A DNA stretch of 32,000 nucleotides, from the NCBI RefSeq assembly GCF_964030745.1, contig NZ_OZ034918.1, positions 1,020,001 to 1,052,000 of the forward strand, in the 5' to 3' direction. Position 1 is the stretch's first letter, and every line of letters begins with the position of its first letter. Source of the stretch: Candidatus Saccharimonadota bacterium. Lineage in GTDB: Bacteria > Bacteroidota > Bacteroidia > Cytophagales > Amoebophilaceae. Under the pieces are notes generated by a model that saw only the letters and a list, made by a program, of their open reading frames with translations, was not told where the DNA came from and searched no databases. Below, in pieces: positions 1-10,513 of the stretch. The position numbers and the translations under genes are program-made.

Positions 1-954
1 TATTTAGGCTTAAATAAAGGTCGTATTAAGGCTTACCATATTGTCTTTTTTATCTTTATAGTTAGTAATATAGGAGGCGCATTAACCCCTATTGGAGATC
101 CTCCCTTGTTTCTGGGCTTTCTTAAAGGGGTCCCTTTTAAATGGACTTTGTTACACAATAGCCTCCCTTGGATGGTGATGCTTTTGATGCTGTTATCTAT
201 TTTTTACTTTTTTGAGCGCAACAATAAGATGGCCTTGGATGGTAATCCTTACCAAGGACGCATTTCTATTGCAGGCAGTAAAAACATTATTTGGTTGGTG
301 ATGATTATTGGCGCGGTCTTTTTAGATCCAACGATTTTTCCTTGGTTGCCTACTATTAATTACCATGGCCATCCCATTTCTTGTATACGTGAGTTGATCA
401 TGCTAAGCATAGCCACCATTGCTTATTATACTACCAACAAGGAGCTGTTGCTGGCAAATGGATTTAGTTTTGCCCCTTTAAATGAGGTTTGTTTAATCTT
501 TATAGGTATTTTTGGTACCATGATCCCAGCACTGGAATTAATTGGTAGCTTTGCTGCATCTGAAATAGGCAAACAGTTGATTACGCCTACTACTTTATAC
601 TGGGGGACGGGGATCTTTTCCTCTATTTTGGATAATGCACCTACCTATCTCAACTTTGTAGCGGCTAGTATGGCGGCACAAGGGGCCAATATTGAAGTGG
701 TGGCCAATGTGCAAGCATATGCAGCAGGAGGCATCTATCCTGATTCAGTCATTCGATTAAGCGCAATTGCTTTGGCTTCTGTTTTTTTTGGTGCTATGAC
801 CTATATTGGCAATGGTCCTAACTTTATGGTTAAAGCGATTGCTGAGCAGGCAGGCATCACCATGCCTTCTTTTGGGAAGTATATCTTTCGGTTTTCTATG
901 CCTATTTTGCTTCCTTTGCTTTTTATGATTTGGGTCTTTTTCTTTGCATTGTAA
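1..954 (+). CDS. ArsB/NhaD-superfamily ion transporter (sodium:proton antiporter-like), 5' end outside window
   Basis: Frame 1 is open from base 1 (YLGLNKGRIKAYHIVFFIFIVSNIGGALTPIGDPPLFLGF...), so the listed TTG at 106 is internal. Polytopic membrane protein with strings SNIGGALTPIGDPPLF, LDNAPTYLNF and GNGPNFMVKAIAE that I associate with this permease family. Confidence 0.6.
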   Translation, partial: YLGLNKGRIKAYHIVFFIFIVSNIGGALTPIGDPPLFLGFLKGVPFKWTLLHNSLPWMVMLLMLLSIFYFFERNNKMALDGNPYQGRISIAGSKNIIWLVMIIGAVFLDPTIFPWLPTINYHGHPISCIRELIMLSIATIAYYTTNKELLLANGFSFAPLNEVCLIFIGIFGTMIPALELIGSFAASEIGKQLITPTTLYWGTGIFSSILDNAPTYLNFVAASMAAQGANIEVVANVQAYAAGGIYPDSVIRLSAIALASVFFGAMTYIGNGPNFMVKAIAEQAGITMPSFGKYIFRFSMPILLPLLFMIWVFFFAL

Positions 955-997
955 ACCAATAAGGGTCTTTCTGGGATCATAGCTATACATCATCGAA

Positions 998-1750
998 ATG
1001 GGGAAAATAGTGCGCAGGATGGTCGCTTTGTTTTTAACGATTGGTCTATGCTTATCGCTATTATGGGCGCAAAAAAAGCATGCTGCTTTGGTATGCCAGG
1101 AGATAGCAATCGTTATCAAGGACCATGCAGGCCAGTCTTTGATACGCTCCAAAGAGATAATAGATCTGTTGCAATCCACCCATACCATTTCTTTACAAAA
1201 AACACTGCTCAAAAATATTGATGCGTATGCCATACAACAGCAGCTTAAAAGCCACCCGCTTGTAAAAAAGGTATTGGTCTATAAAACTTGGCGTGGTACT
1301 TTAACCATTTGGTTGGCAACCAAATGTTTGATTGCTCGTATTGTTAGACCTCTTTCAAACCCTAATGATATACCCTGCTACCTGGATGAACAAGGTGGCT
1401 TGATAGCAGCCAAAGGACTGCCCCTACTTCGACTACTTGTTGTAACCGATGACCATATAGTTGCAGCGCACAAAAGGTTATACGATCACGACTTGTTGGT
1501 ATTGTTGCAATATATTTATCAGGATCCATTTTGGAGGGGTCAGATTACAAGTTTGCAGGTAGATGCTACTGGCAAAATCATACTTGGCACACAAGTAGGG
1601 GGGCATCAAGTAATATTTGGAAAGGCAGCGCGCATAGAGGAAAAATTTGAGAAATTATGGCTTTTCTATAGCCAGGTTATTCCTTATAAGGGGTGGAAAG
1701 CTTACCGTTGTGTAAATGTAGCCTTTGAAGGCCAATTGATTTGTACCTGA
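998..1750 (+). CDS. ftsQ: cell division protein FtsQ (Bacteroidota type)
   Basis: 250 aa with one N-terminal TM helix and a POTRA-like region (CQEIAIVIKDHAGQSLI). The C-terminal pattern FGKAARIEEKFEKLWLFYSQVIPYKGWKAYRCVNVAFEGQLICT matches the FG..E.KF...F....Y..I.L.Y..Q.VCT ending I recall for flavobacterial FtsQ. Confidence 0.65.
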   Translation: MGKIVRRMVALFLTIGLCLSLLWAQKKHAALVCQEIAIVIKDHAGQSLIRSKEIIDLLQSTHTISLQKTLLKNIDAYAIQQQLKSHPLVKKVLVYKTWRGTLTIWLATKCLIARIVRPLSNPNDIPCYLDEQGGLIAAKGLPLLRLLVVTDDHIVAAHKRLYDHDLLVLLQYIYQDPFWRGQITSLQVDATGKIILGTQVGGHQVIFGKAARIEEKFEKLWLFYSQVIPYKGWKAYRCVNVAFEGQLICT

Positions 1751-1757
1751 ATCGATA

Positions 1758-2072
1758 TTAAAAAAGGGTAAGGAGTGGGGTTTTCCTCGGTAGTTTTTCA
1801 GCCAATCGGTCAGACCAGGATGCTATCTTAAAAATTTTATGACGCGCAGTAGCACCACCTACTAAGGTAATATTGCTTTTGGCTATATTCAATGTTTTGG
1901 CCAATAGCGCTATAATCGCCTTATTGGCTTTACCTTCTTGAGCAGGCGCCATAACACGAAGTTCTAGTATATATTTCCCTCCTTCTTGTATCCAGCCTTC
2001 AATTTTGTCCTGGTGGCTTTTAGGCTTTGCATAGATATGCAAAAAATAGGCTGAGTGCAAGTTATCCATCAA
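1758..2072 (-). CDS. DUF167 / YggU family protein
   Basis: 104 aa. IYAKPKSHQDKIEGW...LELRVMAPAQEGKANKAIIALLAKTLNIAKSNITLVGGATARHKIFKI fits the DUF167 pattern V.AKP......I......L.V.V.AP...GKAN.A.I..LA..L...KS.V.IV.G..SR.K. Confidence 0.75.
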   Translation of the reverse strand: MMDNLHSAYFLHIYAKPKSHQDKIEGWIQEGGKYILELRVMAPAQEGKANKAIIALLAKTLNIAKSNITLVGGATARHKIFKIASWSDRLAEKLPRKTPLLTLF

Positions 2073-2324
2073 ATCTATAACCTGGTAAAGGAGCGCTATT
2101 CAGAAAAGTGATAGGCTAAAGTGTGTTTTCTTTAATAAAAGAACAGTAAAAAGTTGATGCATTCTCTTGCACCATATCTATAAATATAACTATATTATAG
2201 GATAAATACAAATGCATTTGGCTATTAGGGTTAAGTATTCATATTAAGTTATAAGTTAAAAAAAGACTTATTCTTTATATAGGTATGATTATAGTATTGC
2301 TTCTTCTCCCTCTTTTTTCAACCG

Positions 2325-3101
2325 TTGATCAATATGCGCTTCATAAAAAATATAGATATACAGAGCATTAAGTCTGTCAGTTTGCTAGTCCTTATGTGGG
2401 CAAGTGGTTTATGCACGATTTTAGGCTGTAGCAAGTTGCCTGTGCAGTATGGCACTCCCAAAACATCCGTGCCAGGCAATTTTGAAAGGGTAGAAAGACT
2501 AAAGCATACTTTTTTGTCTCCTATTATGGATATTAGTAAGCGATATAAGCATAAGAAGCATCTATTTTTACATGGGTTGTGCAAAAATATAGGCGCTTAT
2601 CGAGAAGGGTTGAAACTCTTATATGAGGAGAAGGAGTGGTTCGATCTATGTGTCCAATATACCTTATGGCTTTCTAAGTTTATTTATAATCACAGGAGAT
2701 CATTATCTATATTAGATGAATCTGGATATACCCCTGTACATTGGGGAGTGGAAACTTTTAATGTAAAAGAGCCGTGTGAAGCGAAGCTTTTTAAGCTGTT
2801 AATTACAGCATATAGTTTGTTATTGGCTGAAGGTGTTGGTGTAAATGTTAAAAGTTCCAAGGGAGATACGCCTTTGCATTTAGCATCGTTTCGTCCACAT
2901 ATCCTAGAACTGGTTAAGATGTTACTGGATGGTGGTGCTGATGTAAATGCTCCAGATCAGAACGGGGCTACTGTTTTAGATCTAGTAAAAATGTGTAACC
3001 CAGAAAATTGTAACCGGGAGGAAGTAGTTCAGCTACTATTGGCCTATGGTGCTACATCGAATAATCAGGATGGACAGTTAAAAGTTCAAATATGGCTTTA
3101 A
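2325..3101 (+). CDS. ankyrin-repeat lipoprotein
   Basis: Signal peptide plus lipobox (LLVLMWASGLCTILGCS). C-terminal ANK repeats (DESGYTPVHWGV; SKGDTPLHLAS...MLLDGGADVNAPDQNGATVLDLV; VVQLLLAYGA). The true start is probably the ATG at 2334 (MRFIKN...). Confidence 0.75.
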   Translation: MINMRFIKNIDIQSIKSVSLLVLMWASGLCTILGCSKLPVQYGTPKTSVPGNFERVERLKHTFLSPIMDISKRYKHKKHLFLHGLCKNIGAYREGLKLLYEEKEWFDLCVQYTLWLSKFIYNHRRSLSILDESGYTPVHWGVETFNVKEPCEAKLFKLLITAYSLLLAEGVGVNVKSSKGDTPLHLASFRPHILELVKMLLDGGADVNAPDQNGATVLDLVKMCNPENCNREEVVQLLLAYGATSNNQDGQLKVQIWL

Positions 3102-3106
3102 AAAAT

Positions 3107-3739
3107 GTATCTATTCACGCCTGTGGTTGGGGCCCCTTATCTCCTTCGATAAAAAGTCTGGCCCGATAGTAAATAGCTGAATCGATATCTTTCTCAGCGA
3201 GAAAATCGTAAACTCAGCCCGCAAGCGGGCTTCAAACAGACGATTTTCTAATCCGCTGAAAAAGATATCGCTCAGGTGTTCGTGTTTTACTAGAGCGCCA
3301 TTTTTTATCGAAGGAGACGTGGGGCTGATAATGATAAGAAAATCTATTGTCGCCGCCGATAAAGGAATGCGGCGCTTCAGTAAAGCGGAAGTTTTTAAAC
3401 AATCTATTGTTCAGCGGATTAGAAAAACAGTCTGTTTGCAGCCCACAAAGTGGGCAAGTTCTGTTTTTCCCGCTGAACAATAGATTGTTTCATTGCCTTT
3501 ACTGCGCGCCAAATCTTTTATCGGTGGCGAAAAGTACTGCATATACCAATACTCCATGTAAAAAATGCTGTTCTATTTAATAGTCAATAATATATCACTC
3601 TTAAGTTGACGCTATTGTGTGTTCAATGCTATGGCGGTGAGGTCCCCCACTTTTTACCGAGGGCTTGATTTTTGTCCACTTCTTTATCAAGAAAAAAGTG
3701 GAATACAATTCATTACTAACCAGTGACGTGAGTAGATAC
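3107..3739. mobile_element. 633-bp non-coding MITE-like element, copy E1 (modules A-reversed, B, C), 8-bp TSD TAAAAAAT
   Basis: Termini are GTATCTATTCACG (3107) and CGTGAGTAGATAC (ends 3739), 12/13 inverted. Identical 8-bp direct repeats TAAAAAAT lie at 3099-3106 and 3740-3747. The interior is homologous to repeats at 10.0, 14.2, 15.9, 24.1, 27.2 and 30.8 kb. It has no credible ORF. Confidence 0.8.
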
Positions 3740-3818
3740 TAAAAAATAGTTTCCATTCAATACGTTATCTCTTTGTACTTAATTTGGAAACAATGAAACC
3801 TGAATCCTTACTCAGCTA

Positions 3819-4004
3819 CTAAAACAGCAGCGGAATAGCCTTTTTTATCAAAGGCTTCAATAAAAATTTCATTAGCATAGCTAAGAAGCCCCCCTGCACA
3901 GAACCATATAACTCTTTTTTGACTTCTTTTTTAGCTTTAAAAAAGCACCATAGGGAAAGTCCACCAAAAAGTGTTCCGCCACATAGTAATAATTTATTAG
4001 ACAT
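3819..4004 (-). CDS. small hypothetical membrane protein
   Basis: 61-aa ORF with one hydrophobic helix and a basic C-terminus, lying downstream of the gyrB/YtxH-like genes on the same strand. No family recognised. Confidence 0.3.
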   Translation of the reverse strand: MSNKLLLCGGTLFGGLSLWCFFKAKKEVKKELYGSVQGGFLAMLMKFLLKPLIKKAIPLLF

Positions 4005-4087
4005 AAGTTATAGAAATTAAATATAGGGGCTCAGGGGAACACAAAGAACGATGGATCCCCTGTGCTTCCCTATTGCATTCCACTAGC

Positions 4088-4294
4088 CTAATGCAAATAG
4101 TCCTTAACTGTGCTTTTAACAGCATCAATTGCTTCTTCAGCTTTTTTAGAAGATGATTGCACACAACCAGAAAACTGCTTAGCCTTATTTTGGATTGTTT
4201 TGGTTACTCTTTTTTTAGTGTCGTCGCAGACCAACACCCCCAATATGGCGCCTAATACTAGGCCAAATCCTAGGTAATATACATTTTTAGACAT
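4088..4294 (-). CDS. YtxH-like small membrane-anchored protein
   Basis: 68 aa. An N-terminal Gly-rich helix (LGFGLVLGAILGVLV) is followed by a charged helical tail, as in YtxH/general-stress small proteins. Confidence 0.45.
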   Translation of the reverse strand: MSKNVYYLGFGLVLGAILGVLVCDDTKKRVTKTIQNKAKQFSGCVQSSSKKAEEAIDAVKSTVKDYLH

Positions 4295-4450
4295 AATTTT
4301 ACTTTGATATAAAGCGTTGAATCGTTAAATATATATGAAACAATTTATTGAATTGAGACAACTCAATGCAATGAAACCATACCAATATACTATAAAAAGA
4401 TAAAATATAGTAGCCTCTAATAGATCCCTATGTGCAAAATTGGTTGAAAA

Positions 4451-6448
<1,998 letters not shown>

Positions 6449-6464
6449 TTAGCCGAAAGGAACA

Positions 6465-6761
6465 CTATATTTCAACTATTGTCATGCCAGCCATACAGTA
6501 TATGGGGCTTTGGAGGACTATCTCTTTTACCAAGGGGTGATGGTGTAAATAGTCCCGTATGGCGCTACGCAAAATCCCCTTTCCCTGCCCATGGATGATT
6601 TTTAATCGGCTGTGGCCCAATAACAAGGAACGATCTAGAAATTTTTCCAATGCCAACAGTGCTTGGGCTTTGTTGAGACCATGCAGATCAAGTATTGGAT
6701 CAGCTTGTTTAGATGGCAGACGCATCGTAATAGCATTCGATGACTTAGCTTTTTTCTGCAT
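6465..6761 (-). CDS. Smr domain protein
   Basis: 98 aa. LDLHGLNKAQALLALEKFL...LKIIHGQGKGILRSAIRDYL matches the Smr/MutS2 C-terminal domain signature (LDLHG...HG.G.G.L). Confidence 0.8.
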   Translation of the reverse strand: MQKKAKSSNAITMRLPSKQADPILDLHGLNKAQALLALEKFLDRSLLLGHSRLKIIHGQGKGILRSAIRDYLHHHPLVKEIVLQSPIYCMAGMTIVEI

Positions 6762-6786
6762 AGATGGAGGAAATTGTTGTTAAAAA

Positions 6787-7173
6787 CTAAAGAGCGTGTG
6801 CTTCTAAATCTAGATATACTTTTTCATATACTTCAAGTGACCTCTCTAAAGAATCTTCTAGATAATATTTTACACTCTCCTTAAAAGCTTGCGGATCTAC
6901 CGCGTATAGTGCTAGTATTTTTTGATGGTGTTGGTGGCGCAATATATCTTGCTCTTTTTGAGGATAGGAGCTATGTAGCAACCAATTATTGAGTAGCTCT
7001 AGATCTCTTACCACATGGATAAAAACTTCTTCATGGATGATCGTAGTGGGTGGATGTTTGGTAGAGATCATTGTAAATGAGGCCTTACCTACCCCATATA
7101 ATACCAATGAGGCTAAAAGAATAGTAGCTATTTTGTTCATGCTGTAAACAAGAGGTATGATAATGTATTTCAT
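6787..7173 (-). CDS. hypothetical secreted protein (possibly DUF4296-like)
   Basis: 128 aa with an N-terminal signal-like helix. The C-terminal helical region ...DPQAFKESVKYYLEDSLERSLEVYEKVYLDLE resembles Bacteroidota DUF4296 as I remember it. Weak. Confidence 0.4.
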   Translation of the reverse strand: MKYIIIPLVYSMNKIATILLASLVLYGVGKASFTMISTKHPPTTIIHEEVFIHVVRDLELLNNWLLHSSYPQKEQDILRHQHHQKILALYAVDPQAFKESVKYYLEDSLERSLEVYEKVYLDLEAHAL

Positions 7174-7286
7174 GTAAAGTTAAGTAAAAACCCCTATATT
7201 GGCCATACTATTCCCTAGAAGGTAACTAGGTTTTTCAGGAGCCTCATTACATGTTTGTATATAAGGAATGATAGCGCATATAAAGA

Positions 7287-8189
7287 TTGATTATGGAAGT
7301 TTTCCCAAGAAAAATTCTTTCTGTTATTCACAAATTCAACTTTGATAAAAGCATCAACTACCACTTGTCTATTAATATAGGCTATGGCTTTATTAAAATA
7401 TGTTGCATAGAACGGACGACACAAGAATGCTTGCTATTGGGTATATATGCACTTCCGTTGGATAAAAACCACGTCAGCTATATCAAAAGTTTGGAGCAAT
7501 TTTATAATCAAGATTTTTTTTTGATTAAAAAGAATTGGCGTTCTGTTACCTTATCTATCTCCAATCAAAAGTTTACCATTTTGCCCCATTTGTTGCTCAG
7601 TACAAAGGATTTATTTACCTATATGCATGTTGCTTGTGGTGTAGACCCCACTGATGAAGTCATCTCTTTTACCCATGCATTGGCAAAAGTGTCTGTTGTA
7701 TTTGCAGAAAATGCTGCTGTCTTGGATTGGTTTAGAAAGCGCTACACTGGTAGTAATTTTCATATTATCCATCAGGTTAATGCCATTATAGAGGGATACC
7801 AAATAGAATGCGTATCTAAGCCAGAATTATTTGTTTGGTTGGCGGAGGACTATTTGTATATCATTGTCCATAACAAAAAAAAATTACTTTACTGTAACCT
7901 TTTTACTTATAAATCATCTGATGATTTTTTAAGTTATTTATCGGCTGTCATCCAGGTTATGCACTTAGAACGCACCTCTTGTGCCTTATTGGTAGGTGGA
8001 TGCATTGAAAAAGGGTCACCTGCCTATCGTCAGTTAAAGGCATATATTCCCAAGACCACCTTAAAAACTAAGATTAATTTCTTACACGCAAATCCATATG
8101 TTTTTAAAAAAAGTGGTACCTCGCCTATGTTGTATTTTGATCTGATCAGCAGTTTTCTTTGTCATACCCATAGTAGCGCATGGCAATAG
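7287..8189 (+). CDS. hypothetical protein (possibly DUF3822-like)
   Basis: 300-aa ORF. The ATG at 7293 is more likely than the TTG at 7287. The N-terminal string HLSINIGYGFIKICCIE resembles the LSIR...DGFSF start of Bacteroidota DUF3822 proteins. This is a recollection-level call. Confidence 0.4.
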   Translation: MIMEVFPRKILSVIHKFNFDKSINYHLSINIGYGFIKICCIERTTQECLLLGIYALPLDKNHVSYIKSLEQFYNQDFFLIKKNWRSVTLSISNQKFTILPHLLLSTKDLFTYMHVACGVDPTDEVISFTHALAKVSVVFAENAAVLDWFRKRYTGSNFHIIHQVNAIIEGYQIECVSKPELFVWLAEDYLYIIVHNKKKLLYCNLFTYKSSDDFLSYLSAVIQVMHLERTSCALLVGGCIEKGSPAYRQLKAYIPKTTLKTKINFLHANPYVFKKSGTSPMLYFDLISSFLCHTHSSAWQ

Positions 8190-8247
8190 TGCGCTTGCAA
8201 AACTCGATTGTCGGTAAAATCTATTATATTTAGACAAATATGTCTGT

Positions 8248-8916
8248 ATGTCCCTTATTTTAAGCATTGAAACCGCTACAGCTGTTTGCTCTGTTGCATT
8301 GCATGACGCCGGTAAGCTTATAGCGCATACCGAACTTTTCATGGAACGATCTCATTCGGAGTATTTAGTGTCCATTATAGAAGATTTACTAAAAAATAGC
8401 TGTTATGATCGTAAATCGCTGGCTGCTATAGCCATTTCTAGTGGACCTGGTTCCTTCACTGGGTTGCGGATTGGTACTGCAGTAGCTAAAGGCCTTTGCT
8501 ATGGACTAGATATTCCACTTATCTCGGTTGGCACGCTAGAAGCTATGGCCTATGGCATGCGTCCATTTGTTGATGGGAATATGCTATTATGCCCGACTAT
8601 TGATGCGCGACGCAACGCTATTTATACCCTTATAGCTGACCAATCAGGGAAGCTGCAACGACCTGCACATGTGGCGTTGTTGGATAGTAAGGAATATCAT
8701 GCTGCACTTCCGGGTGGCCCTTTGCTTTTTTTTGGGGATGGGGTATTAAAATGTAAACCATTCCTGGTCGACTATCAGCATATTCAATTTATAGAACAGG
8801 TAGTCCCTTCTGCTATACAGATAGGTTATTTAGCCTTTGAGCAGTTTCAGCAACAGCTTTGGAAAAATATTGCCAGCTATACACCTTATTATTTAAGCCA
8901 GTTTCAAGAAAAATAA
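8248..8916 (+). CDS. tsaB: tRNA threonylcarbamoyladenosine biosynthesis protein TsaB (YeaZ)
   Basis: 222 aa. ILSIETATAVCSVAL, HSEYLVSIIEDLL and AISSGPGSFTGLRIGTAVAKGL are typical TsaB strings. Confidence 0.85.
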   Translation: MSLILSIETATAVCSVALHDAGKLIAHTELFMERSHSEYLVSIIEDLLKNSCYDRKSLAAIAISSGPGSFTGLRIGTAVAKGLCYGLDIPLISVGTLEAMAYGMRPFVDGNMLLCPTIDARRNAIYTLIADQSGKLQRPAHVALLDSKEYHAALPGGPLLFFGDGVLKCKPFLVDYQHIQFIEQVVPSAIQIGYLAFEQFQQQLWKNIASYTPYYLSQFQEK

Positions 8917-9100
8917 AGGAATATGTAATATTTATTTGGTTTTTTTTTAGATTAACCTTAATATTGCTGCTATTAAGTCATTTGGTGGGGCGGTTTGGCC
9001 TTGTAATTTAAGACCAGCTTGTTTTTCACATATAATTAATAGAAGTTTATAGTAAGTAAATAAAAGGAGTTCATAACACACACAATTTTTTAATATTATT

Positions 9101-9838
9101 ATGAAAGGAATCAAAAAAACTTTAATGGCGGGCTTATTGGCTTTCGCTGGGGTTGAAGGAGCACGCGCGGAGGTTAGTTCATGGGGTTATGGTATCCATG
9201 TTAGTGGAGGCACTTCTTCTGCTATAGGGTATGATAATGATGCTAAGATTGGTGGTAAAAAAGCAGAGGGGAGTTTCTTTAGTGACATGGCTTATGGTGC
9301 TAATTTTTATGGTGAGTGTCCAATTACAGGTTATGTAGGTATTGGGGGAGAGCTTGGGTGGATCAGGCAAGGAGCTAGTTTAGAGCCAGAGTCAGGGAAA
9401 GAGGCAAGTGAGACCAGCAACTCTACCGACTCATCTGTTAGCATGGCTAGCCACAATATTGCTGCTGGATTGAATCTATGCATCTACCCACTAGGTCGTG
9501 AAGAGGGTGAAGGTATTTTGAAAGTTAAGCTAGGCGCTGTTGCTTATGTCCCACTCCATACAACTTATAAAAAAGGGAGTACAGATTTAACACTTACATC
9601 TGAGCAAAAAACCAAGGAAGCATCTTTTGATGTAGCTGCACTGGGTAGTGTTGGATATGAATTCCCTATGGGCCTTGTTGTTGAAGCTGGATATCGTTAT
9701 GGTATTATGAATAAGTTTAAAGCAGACCAACAAATATTGACAGCGGGCAATACTGGTATTGAGGGGTTAAAGGAGGTGCATATCCATAATGCTATGCTTT
9801 CTCTAGGTTATAACTTTGCCTCTTTGTTATCAGAGTAA
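9101..9838 (+). CDS. outer-membrane beta-barrel protein (OmpA-like/porin family)
   Basis: Signal peptide MKGIKKTLMAGLLAFAGVEGARA. Gly/Tyr-rich amphipathic beta strands (GGELGWIRQG, VEAGYRYGI) and a terminal strand AMLSLGYNF. Confidence 0.6.
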   Translation: MKGIKKTLMAGLLAFAGVEGARAEVSSWGYGIHVSGGTSSAIGYDNDAKIGGKKAEGSFFSDMAYGANFYGECPITGYVGIGGELGWIRQGASLEPESGKEASETSNSTDSSVSMASHNIAAGLNLCIYPLGREEGEGILKVKLGAVAYVPLHTTYKKGSTDLTLTSEQKTKEASFDVAALGSVGYEFPMGLVVEAGYRYGIMNKFKADQQILTAGNTGIEGLKEVHIHNAMLSLGYNFASLLSE

Positions 9839-9938
9839 GCTCAGTAAAGGAGGTGTAGCGTTTGCAAGGCCTTCTTTTACCTGGCTTTAGCAGCAGCTAG
9901 CTGATTGAATATTTAAGCAGCTAGCTATTGCTTGATAT

Positions 9939-10010
9939 GGCCCGTTCGTCTAGGGGTTAGGACGTCAGGTTTTCATCCTGGAAACAGGGGTTCGATTCCC
10001 CTACGGGCTA
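9939..10010 (+). tRNA. tRNA-Glu (anticodon UUC)
   Basis: Cloverleaf read by hand: acceptor GGCCCGT/ACGGGCT (G1-U72 wobble), D arm TTCGTCTAGGGGTTAGGAC, anticodon stem-loop TCAGG-TTTTCAT-CCTGG (TTC), T arm AGGGG-TTCGATT-CCCCT. It is colinear with E. coli tRNA-Glu. CCA is not encoded. Confidence 0.85.
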
Positions 10011-10029
10011 CGTTTTCAACTCACCATTG

Positions 10030-10453
10030 GTATCCATTCATCACTGTGGTTACGTTTTTCTGAAAAAGCAAATAGCTAACCAAGTACCAGCCTCGCGTCT
10101 CCTTCGATAAAAAAATGGCGCTCTAGTAGACCTCTTGCAAAACCTACTTTGTGATGAGCAATTTTTAGGAGAAGTGTAGTCGAGCACCGCAGAATACTTA
10201 ATGTATTTGAGGAGCATAGACAAGCTTCGACACCAAAATTGCCATTAGAAATAGGTTTTGCAAGAGGTCTAGTAAAACACTAACAGGTGAGCGATATATT
10301 TTCAGCGGATTAGAAAATCGTCTGTTTGAAGCCCGCTTGCGGGCTGAGTTTACGATTTTCCCGCTAAAAAACATATCGATTCATCTATTTACTATCGGGC
10401 CAGATTTTTTATCGAGGGAGATAAGGCGGACAGCCAGAGGCGTGAATGGATAC
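10030..10453. mobile_element. 424-bp MITE-like element, copy E2 (module A with nested 141-bp MITE), 8-bp TSD CACCATTG
   Basis: Termini are GTATCCATTCA (10030) and TGAATGGATAC (ends 10453). A perfect 8-bp direct repeat CACCATTG lies at 10022-10029 and 10454-10461. The element starts 20 bp downstream of tRNA-Glu. Confidence 0.85.
10129..10269. mobile_element. 141-bp nested MITE (N) inside E2
   Basis: 17-18 bp perfect TIR GACCTCTTGCAAAACCTA / TAGGTTTTGCAAGAGGTC, flanked by TAGTA at 10124-10128 and 10270-10274. Copy E1 carries the uninterrupted site (3287-3300). Confidence 0.8.
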
Positions 10454-10513
10454 CACCATTGCTGCCCATTTAACTTATTCAAGGCGCTTTCCTAAAAACA
10501 GAAGCGATTCTTT

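Noticed and set aside
757-1233. 158-aa minus-strand ORF spanning the transporter/ftsQ junction. Similar cases are 2318-2584, 6559-6783, 7215-7424 and 8082-8342.
   Set aside because: They overlap better-supported genes on the opposite strand and have low-complexity or Cys/Lys-rich translations typical of spurious AT-rich ORFs.
3232-3580. ORFs 3232-3480 (-) and 3347-3580 (+), and similarly 14026-14367 (-), 27071-27253 (+), 27342-27551 (+) and 30706-30900 (-).
   Set aside because: They lie entirely or mostly within MITE/IS non-coding repeat sequence. Their reading frames are not conserved between repeat copies, and their composition is that of the palindromic repeats.
4030-4075. Hairpin CAGGGGA-N17-TCCCCTG downstream of the YtxH-like gene as a rho-independent terminator.
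   Set aside because: The stem is only 7 bp, the loop is long, and no U-tract follows on the transcribed strand. This is too weak to annotate.
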